NCBI GenBank assembly: GCA_050949565.1
Contig: JBMNFY010000006.1
Location: 128,001-192,000 of the forward strand
From: Kiritimatiellia bacterium
GTDB taxonomy: Bacteria; Verrucomicrobiota; Kiritimatiellia; RFP12; UBA1067
Length of the DNA: 64,000 nucleotides
Direction of reading: 5' to 3'
In this document: positions 21,999-31,896 of the stretch, one piece after another
Position numbering within the stretch: the first letter of the stretch is position 1
Layout of the letters: each line of letters begins with the position of its first letter
Notes under the pieces: generated by a model
Seen by the model: only the letters and a program-made list of their open reading frames with translations
Told to the model about the DNA's origin: nothing
Database searches by the model: none
Program-made: the position numbers and the translations under genes

Positions 21999-24514
21999 CG
22001 TGTAAGGATCTCCTTCATATCGGCTTCATAGGGGTGACCCGGGAAGCGGCGGATAAAGTCGGTGGCGATCTCTTTGGCGCGCGTTTTGTCGTTGAGCTGT
22101 AGTCGGCATTCGATCTCCAACTTCATGGCATCCGCGAGCTGCGCGCTCATTGTCACACTCTTGCGGTAGGCCGCCAGTGCGTTGATCGCACGGCGCAGGT
22201 CACCGACGGTGATGTAGATCTTGGCCTCCGCCATCGGATAGTCGCCGGAAAGTTTGGAGGCGGGAGATTCATTCTCCCAGTCGCTCAGCTTTTGAAAGGC
22301 CTCGGCCAGCGCGTCTTGCTCGAGGAAACTGGAGATTGTCGCGTACATCGACGCATCGTGGACCGTGTAGACTTTCCAGTCATCTACTTTCACACGCGAG
22401 GTGAGGCTCTGTGTGGCGGGGCGTCTGGAGGCCGCCCTGCCTGCTGTGTTGGTGTCGGCGTCGCGCTGCTGTTTCCGCGCACCGACGTAGGTTAGGCGTC
22501 CGCCGGCCGTGCCGGTTTTATGGCGGCTGCGGAAACGGTCTTGTGCGTCTTTGTAAAATTTCAATGCCGCGTCATACTGGCCGAGCGCCCGTGCGACATC
22601 GCCTTGCCGCAACGCTGCAATCTGCGTTTGATCGGGGCCGATCGCCGCTTCCTTGAGAAAAGTAGTCTCCCGCCTGGCTGCCTCGGGGTCGTCGATATCA
22701 AACAAGTAAGCGCACACGCGCTCATCCTTCCAGCGGAATTTACGGGCGCTGTTTCTCTCGTTTTTCTCCAACCGCGCGATCCAATCCAGCAGAAGCTGGT
22801 CATTACGTTGGAGGCGCAACGTCTCGACGAACCGGTCTTCCAATGCCCAGCGTTCTTCGGGCGGCCGCTTTTGCAGCGTGTCGAAGCCGCGGTTGAAGAT
22901 GTCGAGCAGAATCGGACCGGCATGGTAGGGGACGAGCAACTCAACCAACATGCCCCAGTGGTCATTGCTCCAATCGGCGCACGGATCGGCTGGCGGCGGG
23001 ACGGCACGCAGCATGTCGTACAAGGCCTTACGCACTGCGAGCCGGTCTTCCTTGGTGTCCAGCGAAAGTGCGGGCGGCGTCCAGAAACAGCGCATACGCA
23101 CCGTGGTGCGGGCAACGCCCGCCGCATTTGAAACGGCGAGGGTGACCGGATACGAAATGGTGTCGGGGTCGCCGGAAACCAACCAGTCGACCGCAGGCTC
23201 TGCAAGACGCTTGTTTGAGGGAAACTCCCAAGTGACAGACTGCGCGGCGGAGGGCGTCACCGCACCGTAGGAGAGCGCGAACAGGATCAAAGGTTTTTCA
23301 CCGATCCAGTAGTACCCGAGACGCTGGTTGTTGCCGCGGATGGTTCCCGCGATACGTCCATCTTTGAACGCGATCCGCGTGATGTCGGCAAGCCCGGAGC
23401 GCGCGAGCCCGGTGACATGCTCGGGCAGTCCGTCTTTTGTTTCCATACCGGGGCGCTTCCAACAGAGGTTGATCTCCTGCGGGCCGGTCTTTTCAAAGTG
23501 GTAATAGTCGATGCGGTGAAGGCCGGGTTCGAGCTCGACCCAATCGCCGCGCTGTCCTTTGGCACCGGCATGCCGCGTGTGGATGCCGGGCCAACTATGG
23601 ATGATCTTGCCGTCGATCGCGAATTCAGAGCCTTCGTCCGAAATCGTGCAGAAGTAGATGCGCTCCTTTTTTTCGAGCACAAACGCGCCGACAATCCAAG
23701 TTGAAAAGTCGTCGTCGGGGCCGAAGGGGTTGACCATTGAGCCGATGCCATAATCCCACATGTCAAAAGAAGCTCCTTGGGCTGGCGGGTAGTCGCGCTC
23801 CATGCGTCTGGCCACCGCCAGACTAGCGTTGCCATTTTTTGAGAAGAAAATGGTCGATGGAAACAGGCGCGTGTTGGTCGGCCGCTGCGGCGGGTTGGCT
23901 GAGGGGGTGATGTAAACCGCAGCGGTCTCGCCGTTGTCCGGCTTGGCAAACAGTACGCCGAAGCCATCGGTTTGCGAGTCGGCGACGATCACGCTTTCCA
24001 GTTGCTTGCCCTGAGCATCGCGCACATCGGGGATGCGGAACTTGCCGGGCAGCAGGCCACCGTTGGGGATCTTGACGAAAACACCCAGATCAGGATGGTC
24101 TGGATCACGTGAAACAGACACCTCGACCCGCAATGCCGCGCCGGGCACGGCCCAGTTCTCTTGTTGCGCCCCGCTACGCCCGGCCGCAACAATCAGTAGC
24201 GCACAAACGACGAGACGCGAAAGGTGCCGCGCACCCAATCGGTTGGTGACAGGGGCGTGCGAAGACCATGCGTTTCTGGTGAAAAGGGGAGCAAAGAGTC
24301 GGGAGCGCGGGCGTCCTCGCCCGCAACAGCGTGTACGCGAACGTGAACGCGGATCGCTGCGCTGTGAACGTGTACGGAGCCCGGGCTCGCGGAGCGTCGG
24401 GAGGGGCAAGCGTCTGCTTGCCTGCGGACGAGCAGACGCTCGTCCCTCCCATCCTGCGGTCAAAAACAAATCACAACTCTTCAACTCACACGACTCCTTA
24501 CGGCGCACCCGCAC
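21995..24514 (-). CDS. Secreted protein with PA14-like domain and C-terminal TPR-like helices (start uncertain: GTG 24514 or TTG 24238)
   Basis: DDFSTWIVG...ISDEGSEFAIDG...LEPGLHRIDYYHFEKTG (PA14-like); GDVARALGQYDAALKFY, FIRRFPGHPY (TPR-like). Confidence 0.75.
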   Translation of the reverse strand: MRVRRKESCELKSCDLFLTAGWEGRASARPQASRRLPLPTLREPGLRTRSQRSDPRSRSRTRCCGRGRPRSRLFAPLFTRNAWSSHAPVTNRLGARHLSRLVVCALLIVAAGRSGAQQENWAVPGAALRVEVSVSRDPDHPDLGVFVKIPNGGLLPGKFRIPDVRDAQGKQLESVIVADSQTDGFGVLFAKPDNGETAAVYITPSANPPQRPTNTRLFPSTIFFSKNGNASLAVARRMERDYPPAQGASFDMWDYGIGSMVNPFGPDDDFSTWIVGAFVLEKKERIYFCTISDEGSEFAIDGKIIHSWPGIHTRHAGAKGQRGDWVELEPGLHRIDYYHFEKTGPQEINLCWKRPGMETKDGLPEHVTGLARSGLADITRIAFKDGRIAGTIRGNNQRLGYYWIGEKPLILFALSYGAVTPSAAQSVTWEFPSNKRLAEPAVDWLVSGDPDTISYPVTLAVSNAAGVARTTVRMRCFWTPPALSLDTKEDRLAVRKALYDMLRAVPPPADPCADWSNDHWGMLVELLVPYHAGPILLDIFNRGFDTLQKRPPEERWALEDRFVETLRLQRNDQLLLDWIARLEKNERNSARKFRWKDERVCAYLFDIDDPEAARRETTFLKEAAIGPDQTQIAALRQGDVARALGQYDAALKFYKDAQDRFRSRHKTGTAGGRLTYVGARKQQRDADTNTAGRAASRRPATQSLTSRVKVDDWKVYTVHDASMYATISSFLEQDALAEAFQKLSDWENESPASKLSGDYPMAEAKIYITVGDLRRAINALAAYRKSVTMSAQLADAMKLEIECRLQLNDKTRAKEIATDFIRRFPGHPYEADMKEILTR
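24235..24470 (-). repeat. MITE-like composite element, homologous to 3597-3892 and 61240-61333
   Basis: Reverse complement reads TTTGACCGCAGGATGGGAGGGACGAGCGTCTGCTCGTCCGC...TACACGTTCACAGCGCAGCG...GCGGGCGAGGACGCCCGCGCTCCCGACT...CCCCTGTCACCAACCGATT. Confidence 0.85.
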
Positions 24515-24519
24515 GCGCG

Positions 24520-27500
24520 CTACTGCATCTCACCAATCGCTTTAAAGTAGTCCGACACCATGTCGCGGTATTCGGCCGGGGCTTCGTCCGGCGATGCGGC
24601 AATCGCATCTTCGGCGTTCTCCGTATTGCTGACCGCCCCCATGTCCGCGTTGCTGATCCCGTTTTCTAGCGACGTATAGGTGCTGCTGAGTGCCTGCAAC
24701 GCCTTCTTGTGCAGTTCGGCGATCATCGCCGGCGAAGCGTTCTGCTTCTGCAACAGTTCGATCTGCTTGCTGAACGCGATATACTTCTTGAGGTCGTAGG
24801 TCCGCAGGTTGTTGAGCTGCGCCTGGGCGTACACCGCCTCGGCGTTCCGGGTCAACTGGGCGCGTGTGCTCTCGGCGGAGTCGGCCTCCACCTTGGTGTC
24901 GCGCCGCGTGGCGCCTTCGCCGCCCTCCATGCCCCTGTCCTGCGAGTAGCCGGAGTTCTTACCGCCGCCTGTGGCGACAGCGTCCGTGTGCCCCTCTTCT
25001 TCGACGTCACCGGACTGATTGGAGTCCTGCGTGCGCCGCTTATCAAGATGCTCGTCACCCTCGCTGATTCTGCCGGAACGCGACATCACCTCACCGTCTG
25101 ACATGCCTTGCCGCCCGACCTGTGAACGGCCGTCCTGATCCTTGTGGTCGGGCCGGTCGTTGCCCGATTTACCGGCGGCGCTGTAGCTGACGGTTTCACC
25201 TTCGGAAATGCCCCATCCCATGTCAATATTGGCCATGCCCTGATTGGTCACGGAGTCGTCCGCCTTTTCCGATTGCTCCTCTTCCTGCTCCAGCAGGTCG
25301 CCGATGATGTCCTGCAACTCTTCGGGCATGGTCACCTGACCGATCGGCCCCTTCATCTCCTCCTTGTCAATCGTCTCCATATTGCGCTTGACGTTATCGG
25401 GCACGGAGAAAAGCCACATTTCCATTTCGTCTGCCTTTTGCCCGGTCGCGATCATCATGTCGAGCAGGAAGTCCTCCTTTTGCAGGCCGATCTCGACCAC
25501 TTCGTTTGTGCTGGAACCCGTCACCTGCTTCATCTCTTCGTACGTCTGAAAAGCGTCGGTCACCAGTTCGTTGACGGCATCCATCTCGGGCATGGCTTGC
25601 AGGTCGGTCGCGACCTTCAACATGGCTTGTGCCATGTTTTCTTTGAGTTCCACGATCTCCTCAAGCAGGTCTTCGTCAAGCTTCTCGGTCTTGTCGCCTT
25701 GGCTGCCGGTCTCGCGCAGGGCATCCACCACGCGTGTTTGCAAGTCCTCCATCTTCTTAATGGACTGCCGCGCGTCCTTGATAATCGCCAGCGCTTCTTC
25801 GGTCTTGTCCTTGGTCTCGGTTTCACGCCACTCTTTGAGAAATTCCATCAGCACGGCGATACCGTTGGTTACGTTGTTTTGCGGCGGCACGGCATTCGCG
25901 ATCTGTTCCGATTCCATGATCTCGGCGATCGTGACCATGGTGGGGTGAAGCTTCAGTTCTACCGCGCGGTCGGCGATTTTGGTCATCAAGGCACCAAACT
26001 CTTCATCTTCACGGTCTTGCTTCGCCTCGGACCGGCAGAAGCCGATCATGGCTTCCATGTCTTGCGCGAGGTTGTCTTGCCGATCGACGATGGCTTCCGG
26101 CAGTTCGGTCGCTTTTTCAACGGCTTTCAACGTGACGTTGAGGTTGGCGGTCTGGCCTTTGCGGATGCCCTCCAGCATCGCCAAGACACCGGCGGCGGCC
26201 TGCGAGATCTCGCCCCTGTTCATGTTGCCGTCCGCTTGGACCAACAAGCGCAACACTGTGTTTTGCGCGTCGACTGCGAGCCGGGCGTTCTCTTCGCGCG
26301 TTTCCGCCGCTCCTGTCACCATGCGGGTCAACCGCATGGTGGCGTCAGGCAACGGCCCTTTTACCGCCTTGTCGAGCGCGACACGCGCCGTGCCGATCGC
26401 TGCGTCTTTAGTTTTTAGCAACGTCTCGGCATAACTGCGGATCTCCGTCTGCTTTTCGGCGACCTCCTGCCAGAGCTGCTCGTCGTAGGTGGGCAGTCCT
26501 CCCTGCAACCGCTTGGTGGTGGCGAGCGTGGCGCGCTGACGTGCAACCAGCTCGCCGATCGTCTTGCGCGCCTCGCCGCGATTTTGCTGCTCGGCGGCAA
26601 ACTGCGAGGAGAGCGTCGTCATCTCGAACAAGATTTGCTGGCTGACCGCGCGGTTGGGCGCGTCACCGGCGGCGGTGTCGTAGGCCACGATGCGCAGGGC
26701 CGAGGAGGCGGAGACGTCCGCCAGCGAGCCGGTCCATTTTTCGTTGAAAACTCTTTTTCCGTCGAGGTCCCACTCTTTGAGAACGTCGCCTTCGGCACCC
26801 GGTTTGGCACCTTTGTTGACGCGCTCGACACGCACCTTACCGAGACCGTATTCGTCGGTGACTTCAAAATGTACGACCGGCGCGGCATTGGGCGGCAGGA
26901 CCGCCTTTGCGGCCGAAGGGATCACCAGCCGGATAGCGGGCGCACGGTCTTCGATGAGTTCGAAGCGCACCGGTACGCGCATCTCAAGCCCGAAGGCGTC
27001 GCGTGCCGCGACCTGAAAGATTGAACCATCTTTAATTGTGGCGGCCCCAGACCAACTCGCCTTGTCCGTGCCGGGCGTCAGCGTCAGCGTTTCCTGATCG
27101 AACAGGATCTGCGAGGTCTCGGTCGGCCGGTTGCAGACGACTCGGAAGGCGACTTCTGAGTGAACCGGAATCGCCACCGCGTTGGTTAGCGCGTCGAAAG
27201 TACGCGGGGCCAACGACGTGTATCCGGGCGGCGTCACCGTGAGTTGCAGGGCAGAGAGCGCCAGCGGCGGCACGGTGTCGATCGTGAAGGTGTCGGTCGG
27301 ATAGGCGTCACCGACCTTGAAACGGTAACGGAGCGAGGTGGCTATTTTGGAGACGCGGTAGGGGAACTCCTCCTCTGTGCCGGTGGACGAGAACTGGCCG
27401 ATCCGCACAGTCGAACGTTTGTCGTCGGAGGGATAGAGGTCCAGGTCCACGAACTGTCCGGCGCGGCCGGTGGCTTTGACCACCAGATCGATGCCGGAGC

Positions 27501-28095
27501 CCTGCACGATGGTCTTGTCGGCCGGCGTCACGGCGATGACCGTTGCAAAGGTCGGCGGCGAAAGCTTCGAAAAAGGATTCAGCACGCGTTGCATGGCTAC
27601 CGTCCACGCATTGCCGAGCACGAACGCCGGTATGGCCAGCAGCAGCACCGCTACGGCTACGGCGATCGCGCCGCGTTTGCGCAGGCGCCGATCCTTGATC
27701 TCGTGCAGGGGGAGCGTGTGAAACTCCGGCACGTCCTCATTCAGGTAGGTGCGCAGCCAAGAGGATTGCGAACGCTCGTTGGCGAAGAGCACGCGGTTGA
27801 TGAGGTGGTTATCGAGCTGCGGGAATTTCTTTTCGAGAAACGCGGCCACGGCGGCGGGCGAGCGCTTCCGGCCGACCACGCGCGCCAGCCAAACCAGCGC
27901 GGCGATCACCAGGCCGATCAACACGAGCGAGAGGGTCAGCCGTCCGTAAGTCCGCGGACGGAGCCACACATCGAGTGCGGTTAAAGCGCCCCAAGCGGCC
28001 AATAGAAGGGCGAGCGCCACGATCAGATGCTCCGTGGCGTGCCAGCGGTTGATCTTGCCGTTGATGCGGTGAAGTTCTTGATCAAAACTCGACAT
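24520..28095 (-). CDS. Large membrane-anchored Ig-like/coiled-coil protein (DUF4175-like)
   Basis: Three N-terminal TMs, VTPPGYT and DEYGLGKVR beta domains, long acidic coiled coil, terminal PAEYRDMVSDYFKAI motif. Confidence 0.75.
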   Translation of the reverse strand: MSSFDQELHRINGKINRWHATEHLIVALALLLAAWGALTALDVWLRPRTYGRLTLSLVLIGLVIAALVWLARVVGRKRSPAAVAAFLEKKFPQLDNHLINRVLFANERSQSSWLRTYLNEDVPEFHTLPLHEIKDRRLRKRGAIAVAVAVLLLAIPAFVLGNAWTVAMQRVLNPFSKLSPPTFATVIAVTPADKTIVQGSGIDLVVKATGRAGQFVDLDLYPSDDKRSTVRIGQFSSTGTEEEFPYRVSKIATSLRYRFKVGDAYPTDTFTIDTVPPLALSALQLTVTPPGYTSLAPRTFDALTNAVAIPVHSEVAFRVVCNRPTETSQILFDQETLTLTPGTDKASWSGAATIKDGSIFQVAARDAFGLEMRVPVRFELIEDRAPAIRLVIPSAAKAVLPPNAAPVVHFEVTDEYGLGKVRVERVNKGAKPGAEGDVLKEWDLDGKRVFNEKWTGSLADVSASSALRIVAYDTAAGDAPNRAVSQQILFEMTTLSSQFAAEQQNRGEARKTIGELVARQRATLATTKRLQGGLPTYDEQLWQEVAEKQTEIRSYAETLLKTKDAAIGTARVALDKAVKGPLPDATMRLTRMVTGAAETREENARLAVDAQNTVLRLLVQADGNMNRGEISQAAAGVLAMLEGIRKGQTANLNVTLKAVEKATELPEAIVDRQDNLAQDMEAMIGFCRSEAKQDREDEEFGALMTKIADRAVELKLHPTMVTIAEIMESEQIANAVPPQNNVTNGIAVLMEFLKEWRETETKDKTEEALAIIKDARQSIKKMEDLQTRVVDALRETGSQGDKTEKLDEDLLEEIVELKENMAQAMLKVATDLQAMPEMDAVNELVTDAFQTYEEMKQVTGSSTNEVVEIGLQKEDFLLDMMIATGQKADEMEMWLFSVPDNVKRNMETIDKEEMKGPIGQVTMPEELQDIIGDLLEQEEEQSEKADDSVTNQGMANIDMGWGISEGETVSYSAAGKSGNDRPDHKDQDGRSQVGRQGMSDGEVMSRSGRISEGDEHLDKRRTQDSNQSGDVEEEGHTDAVATGGGKNSGYSQDRGMEGGEGATRRDTKVEADSAESTRAQLTRNAEAVYAQAQLNNLRTYDLKKYIAFSKQIELLQKQNASPAMIAELHKKALQALSSTYTSLENGISNADMGAVSNTENAEDAIAASPDEAPAEYRDMVSDYFKAIGEMQ

Positions 28096-28265
28096 AAGCG
28101 GCTCCTTGCTGTTACTCCCTCAGACCACAAGTCCAAGCGAACGGTTTACCATTTCCAACAATAGCAAAATGAGTGCGGGCTGTAAATCAGAAGCCAAGCG
28201 TTTTTGCGAAGAAGTTTAAGAATTCGCTAGGCTTTTCCCCAGTGCAAGAGTATAAATAGACGCGC

Positions 28266-28967
28266 ATGGCAAAACACAAGAAAAAGAGAGACAAGGCCAC
28301 TCCGCCGCCTGCCACCGTTTCGTCCCCCGATACGGCGGTCGAGGTGACGGACGAAAGCGAAGTTCCGGAAGCGCAGGTAGTCGCGCCTGAGCAGCCTGCG
28401 GCTTCGTCGGCTGAAGCGGCTCCGTCGACTGAAGAGCTTGATGACGCCCCCACGCAGGCTAACGAAGAGCCGCGCGACGTGACGCCGCCGGTTGCGGCGG
28501 CGCGGCCGCGGTGGCGGCGCTGGATGCCGGACCTGATCAAAGTGGCGCTGGCGCTGGTCGTGATCGGGATCGCGGCGGCTATCTGGTATCAGCCGCCATT
28601 GGTCAAGGCCCACTTCCCGTATGTCTCCTATGTCTTTTTCGGTCAACGCTTTGAAGATGCGGTGCTTCTCCGGCCGCTCGCGATGCCGACCCGCTACTAC
28701 GTGGCGCTGCCCGAGAAGTTGGCCGATAGATACCAGTGGTTCGCCGTGGACCGGCGGCGCGAAGTGGTGGCTCTGACCGAGGCGCCGCGTCACCGCGCCC
28801 TGGGACTCCAGGCGATCCGGCGCAGCGACCCGCTCGGGCTGGACCTGGAATTCCGCAAGCTGGACGGATCGGAGTGGCAGATTGCGTTTCTGGACGACGC
28901 CATTGTTTTTTCAAATGCGCTGTTGACCGTGCGGCTGGATACGCAGCAGACGGTGCCGCAGCAGTAG
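28266..28967 (+). CDS. Hypothetical single-pass membrane protein
   Basis: Basic start, acidic/Pro-rich disordered linker, one TM, globular C-terminus; divergent from the upstream operon. Confidence 0.7.
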   Translation: MAKHKKKRDKATPPPATVSSPDTAVEVTDESEVPEAQVVAPEQPAASSAEAAPSTEELDDAPTQANEEPRDVTPPVAAARPRWRRWMPDLIKVALALVVIGIAAAIWYQPPLVKAHFPYVSYVFFGQRFEDAVLLRPLAMPTRYYVALPEKLADRYQWFAVDRRREVVALTEAPRHRALGLQAIRRSDPLGLDLEFRKLDGSEWQIAFLDDAIVFSNALLTVRLDTQQTVPQQ

Positions 28968-28981
28968 GTTCAGGTGCTAAC

Positions 28982-30742
28982 ATGATTGTTGTGCCGTGCG
29001 CGGAGACACACTCAGTCCCCACACTTAGTCGAAAACAAGTTCTTTCGTCAAACCTGCGGTTACGACGCCGTCTCGTAAAAATCACGGTGCTGCTATGCTG
29101 TGCGGGCGTCGTGGCGACCGGTAGCGCGGCAGAATGGTCGGTCCGCGTGTTGCCCGGACCGGTCGCGACGAACGTCGCGCCGTTGCGTCTGGGCTTGCAG
29201 GTCGGCTTTCTGGATGGGCGCTTTCATCCGTTGCGCGCGGAGTGCCTAACCGGTCTCGACTGGGGAGCCGAGACCGGAGTGACCTTGGAGACGCTTGCAA
29301 CCACGAGTCCGACCAACCGCACGATGCGCGTTACGAATGGCGACGCTGCGCGTCTGGGTATCACGCAGATCACACGGACATTGCGGAGCGGTGTTGGGCA
29401 TACGCTGCGCCTACAGGGGCGCCGGGTCGCGGGCAAAGGGCGCGTCTGGGTGACGTTTCAGCCGATGGGCGGCAATCCCGAGGACGGCGTGACCGAACGC
29501 TTTTCGCTGCGCGACGAGTGGAGGTCGCGTGAAGTGCATGTGGTGCCGCAGCATGAGACGGCCTATCGCTGTCAGCTCGCCATCGAGCCGGGTAGTGTTA
29601 TTGAATTGAGCGCGCTGTCGCTGGTGCCGGATGATGCCGAAGATGGATGGGACCATGAAACACTGGAGGCATTACGCGGCATGAGTCCGAGCGTCATTGG
29701 ATGGCCCGCTGCGAAAGAGTTGGGAACCTATGTGTGGTACGACGGGGTCGGTCCGCAGGCCGTGCGACGCCCCGCTGTGCCTTCCGCTGTCCCGGAAGAG
29801 GCGCATGCGTTCGGGACGGCTGAGTTTGTCACCTTCTGCCGTCTGACCGGGGCGGAGCCGACGTTGCGCGTTGAGGTGTTCGAGCCGGGCATGACGGATG
29901 AGCGTGTGCCGGATCAAGCGGCGGGTGTCCGGATGGCTGCGGAATGGGTGGCCTATTGCAACGCGACGGGGAACCACCCGCTGGCCTTGCTGCGGCAGCG
30001 TCACGGCCACCCCGAGCCATTGCGCGTGATGCGCTGGGAACTGATCGCCCGCGGCGGCGCGGACGGGCCGTCGGCGGCGTCCGCGGCGGCGTACACGGCG
30101 GCCATGTGCGCCGAAGATCCGGCCATCTGCGTGACGGTCAGTGGCGACGCCACGCTGACGCCGCGCAGCGACCCGTATGTATCGGAAATCCTGCGACGGC
30201 TTGCGGCGGCACCGCCCGACGAACGGGTCTACTACGCCGAGTGGTACAATGCGTTGGGGCTGGCCTGCGCGGTGCTCGATCGCGTCGAGCAAGGACGCTG
30301 CGGTCCGCTCGCCACACCCTTGCAGCCCGAGCAGGTGCTTTACCGCGCATCCCGCGCGCGGAACATGCTGACCGATACCGGCGTGCTATTGGCGTTGATC
30401 AACCGCTACCCTGCCGACCGGCCGGTCTTGATCGAAGGTATGCCGAATACACCGGACAGCTCTTTGCGCGTGCAGGCGGCCTGGGCGACTGGGGCGGGGG
30501 AACTGATCGTGTTTGTCTACAACGCCGCACCTGAGGCGCACACCGTGCGGATTGGGCTCGCGCCGCTGAAGCGACGTTTTGTGCTGTATGTGTCCGACCA
30601 ATTGGCGCCCGATCTGGCGGCACGGCGCGACACGCAGGCCATGCCGGTGACCCACACGCAAAAAGTAGGGAGCGCACTCAGCCAGACGGTCGTGTGCGAA
30701 GCAGCGCCCTGCTCTATCACGCGCGTGCTGGTAAAGGAGTAA
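28982..30742 (+). CDS. GH51 alpha-L-arabinofuranosidase-like protein, apparently catalytically degenerate
   Basis: WYDGVGP...RP, FGTAEFVTFC, AEWVAYCNA...LRQRHGHPEPLRV; CBM-like N-domain; start uncertain. Confidence 0.7.
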   Translation: MIVVPCAETHSVPTLSRKQVLSSNLRLRRRLVKITVLLCCAGVVATGSAAEWSVRVLPGPVATNVAPLRLGLQVGFLDGRFHPLRAECLTGLDWGAETGVTLETLATTSPTNRTMRVTNGDAARLGITQITRTLRSGVGHTLRLQGRRVAGKGRVWVTFQPMGGNPEDGVTERFSLRDEWRSREVHVVPQHETAYRCQLAIEPGSVIELSALSLVPDDAEDGWDHETLEALRGMSPSVIGWPAAKELGTYVWYDGVGPQAVRRPAVPSAVPEEAHAFGTAEFVTFCRLTGAEPTLRVEVFEPGMTDERVPDQAAGVRMAAEWVAYCNATGNHPLALLRQRHGHPEPLRVMRWELIARGGADGPSAASAAAYTAAMCAEDPAICVTVSGDATLTPRSDPYVSEILRRLAAAPPDERVYYAEWYNALGLACAVLDRVEQGRCGPLATPLQPEQVLYRASRARNMLTDTGVLLALINRYPADRPVLIEGMPNTPDSSLRVQAAWATGAGELIVFVYNAAPEAHTVRIGLAPLKRRFVLYVSDQLAPDLAARRDTQAMPVTHTQKVGSALSQTVVCEAAPCSITRVLVKE

Positions 30743-30755
30743 GGAGATCGAAACG

Positions 30756-31304
30756 ATGATACGAAATCGTATCATTTTCATAGGCACATGGTTGGCATTT
30801 GCAATTGTCTTGTTTGTTTTCCCAGGCTTCGAAATGCGCGGGCTTGCTTGGGGAATGATTGTTGGATACTGGCCTATTTTGCTCTTGGAACACATCTGTG
30901 ACGGCTCCAACTTTAATCCTTTTGTCATCCTTCTCGCAATGGTCATCCTCAGCGGAGTGACCGTCACGTTTTTTGCTTGGTTGATGGATAAGTCAAGAAT
31001 CTCGAAGAAGGTTTTACCACTCCTTTACTGTACCATGGTGGCTTTCGCTTGTTATTTCGCCTTTTCCGGAGCCGATTATGAAGAGTGGCAAAGAATTCCT
31101 GCCATTGCCGCTGCGATGGAATCGTCCGAAGTGAACTACGAACCGACCCGCTGGGATTTCCGGAAGTCAATCGTTATTCCCGGAGTGCTTGCGGGCGGAT
31201 TGATGGGGCTGTACATTGTTTCTGGACTCGGGGCAGTGTTTGCCCTGTTCAAACTTTGGCATCAAGGTGTCCGATGCCGAAGCCACAGAGATGAAAACAA
31301 TTAA
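30756..31304 (+). CDS. Hypothetical multi-pass membrane protein, lower GC
   Basis: Good RBS (AAGGAG); 4-5 hydrophobic segments; AT-richer codon usage than neighbours. Confidence 0.7.
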   Translation: MIRNRIIFIGTWLAFAIVLFVFPGFEMRGLAWGMIVGYWPILLLEHICDGSNFNPFVILLAMVILSGVTVTFFAWLMDKSRISKKVLPLLYCTMVAFACYFAFSGADYEEWQRIPAIAAAMESSEVNYEPTRWDFRKSIVIPGVLAGGLMGLYIVSGLGAVFALFKLWHQGVRCRSHRDENN

Positions 31305-31654
31305 GGCCATTGTGGAAACCGTTTGGGCAAAGAAATCTCAACGAAGGGAAGCCACATCGCCATCGGCGCCAAGTCCCTAAAAAACCACAACCACATACCG
31401 CATTCTCGTCCTTTCCTCACTCCAGTCGTTATTTCCACATATTGAAAGGTGTGGAAGTAAAAGAATAGCAGTTGACACAGGGGCGAAAACATTAAAAGAC
31501 CCTTTGTTTACTACTATTTGCCGCACTATCGACTTCCATTTTCTTTCTGGCTGTTTTTCCACACCTTTCAAGGTGTGGAAGTGAGGTGAGGTGTTTTTGG
31601 GGGCTCTTTTTTGACACAGAGACGTAGGGGTTGGTTTTGTTTTTAATGCTCTAA

Positions 31655-31745
31655 GACAGCGACCTCACCTGTGACGGCGGTGGCCGGCACTTCTTCTGGG
31701 ATGCCGAGAACCGCCTCGCCCTCGCCTCCAACGCTACAACCGCGC
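31655..31745 (+). pseudogene. Remnant of an RHS/YD-repeat gene
   Basis: Translates DSDLTCDGGGRHFFWDAENRLALASNAT, matching the RHS repeat pattern GNLxxDG..YxWDAENRL; no start codon. Confidence 0.6.
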
Positions 31746-31896
31746 GTACATTGTTCGCCTCACATTGTTCTTGTCCGGGCGTGCGGAATATGGCACTCTT
31801 TTCGATATGCTTTTGTTGGGGTACGCTTTTTTGCCGGTGGCGGCGTTGACCCTCTTAACGGTAACACATCGGTAACAACAGGATGGAGGCGGTAGC

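Noticed and set aside
28736-28981. Upstream extension of the GH51-like ORF
   Set aside because: Overlaps the preceding gene in another frame; the real start is at or after 28982.
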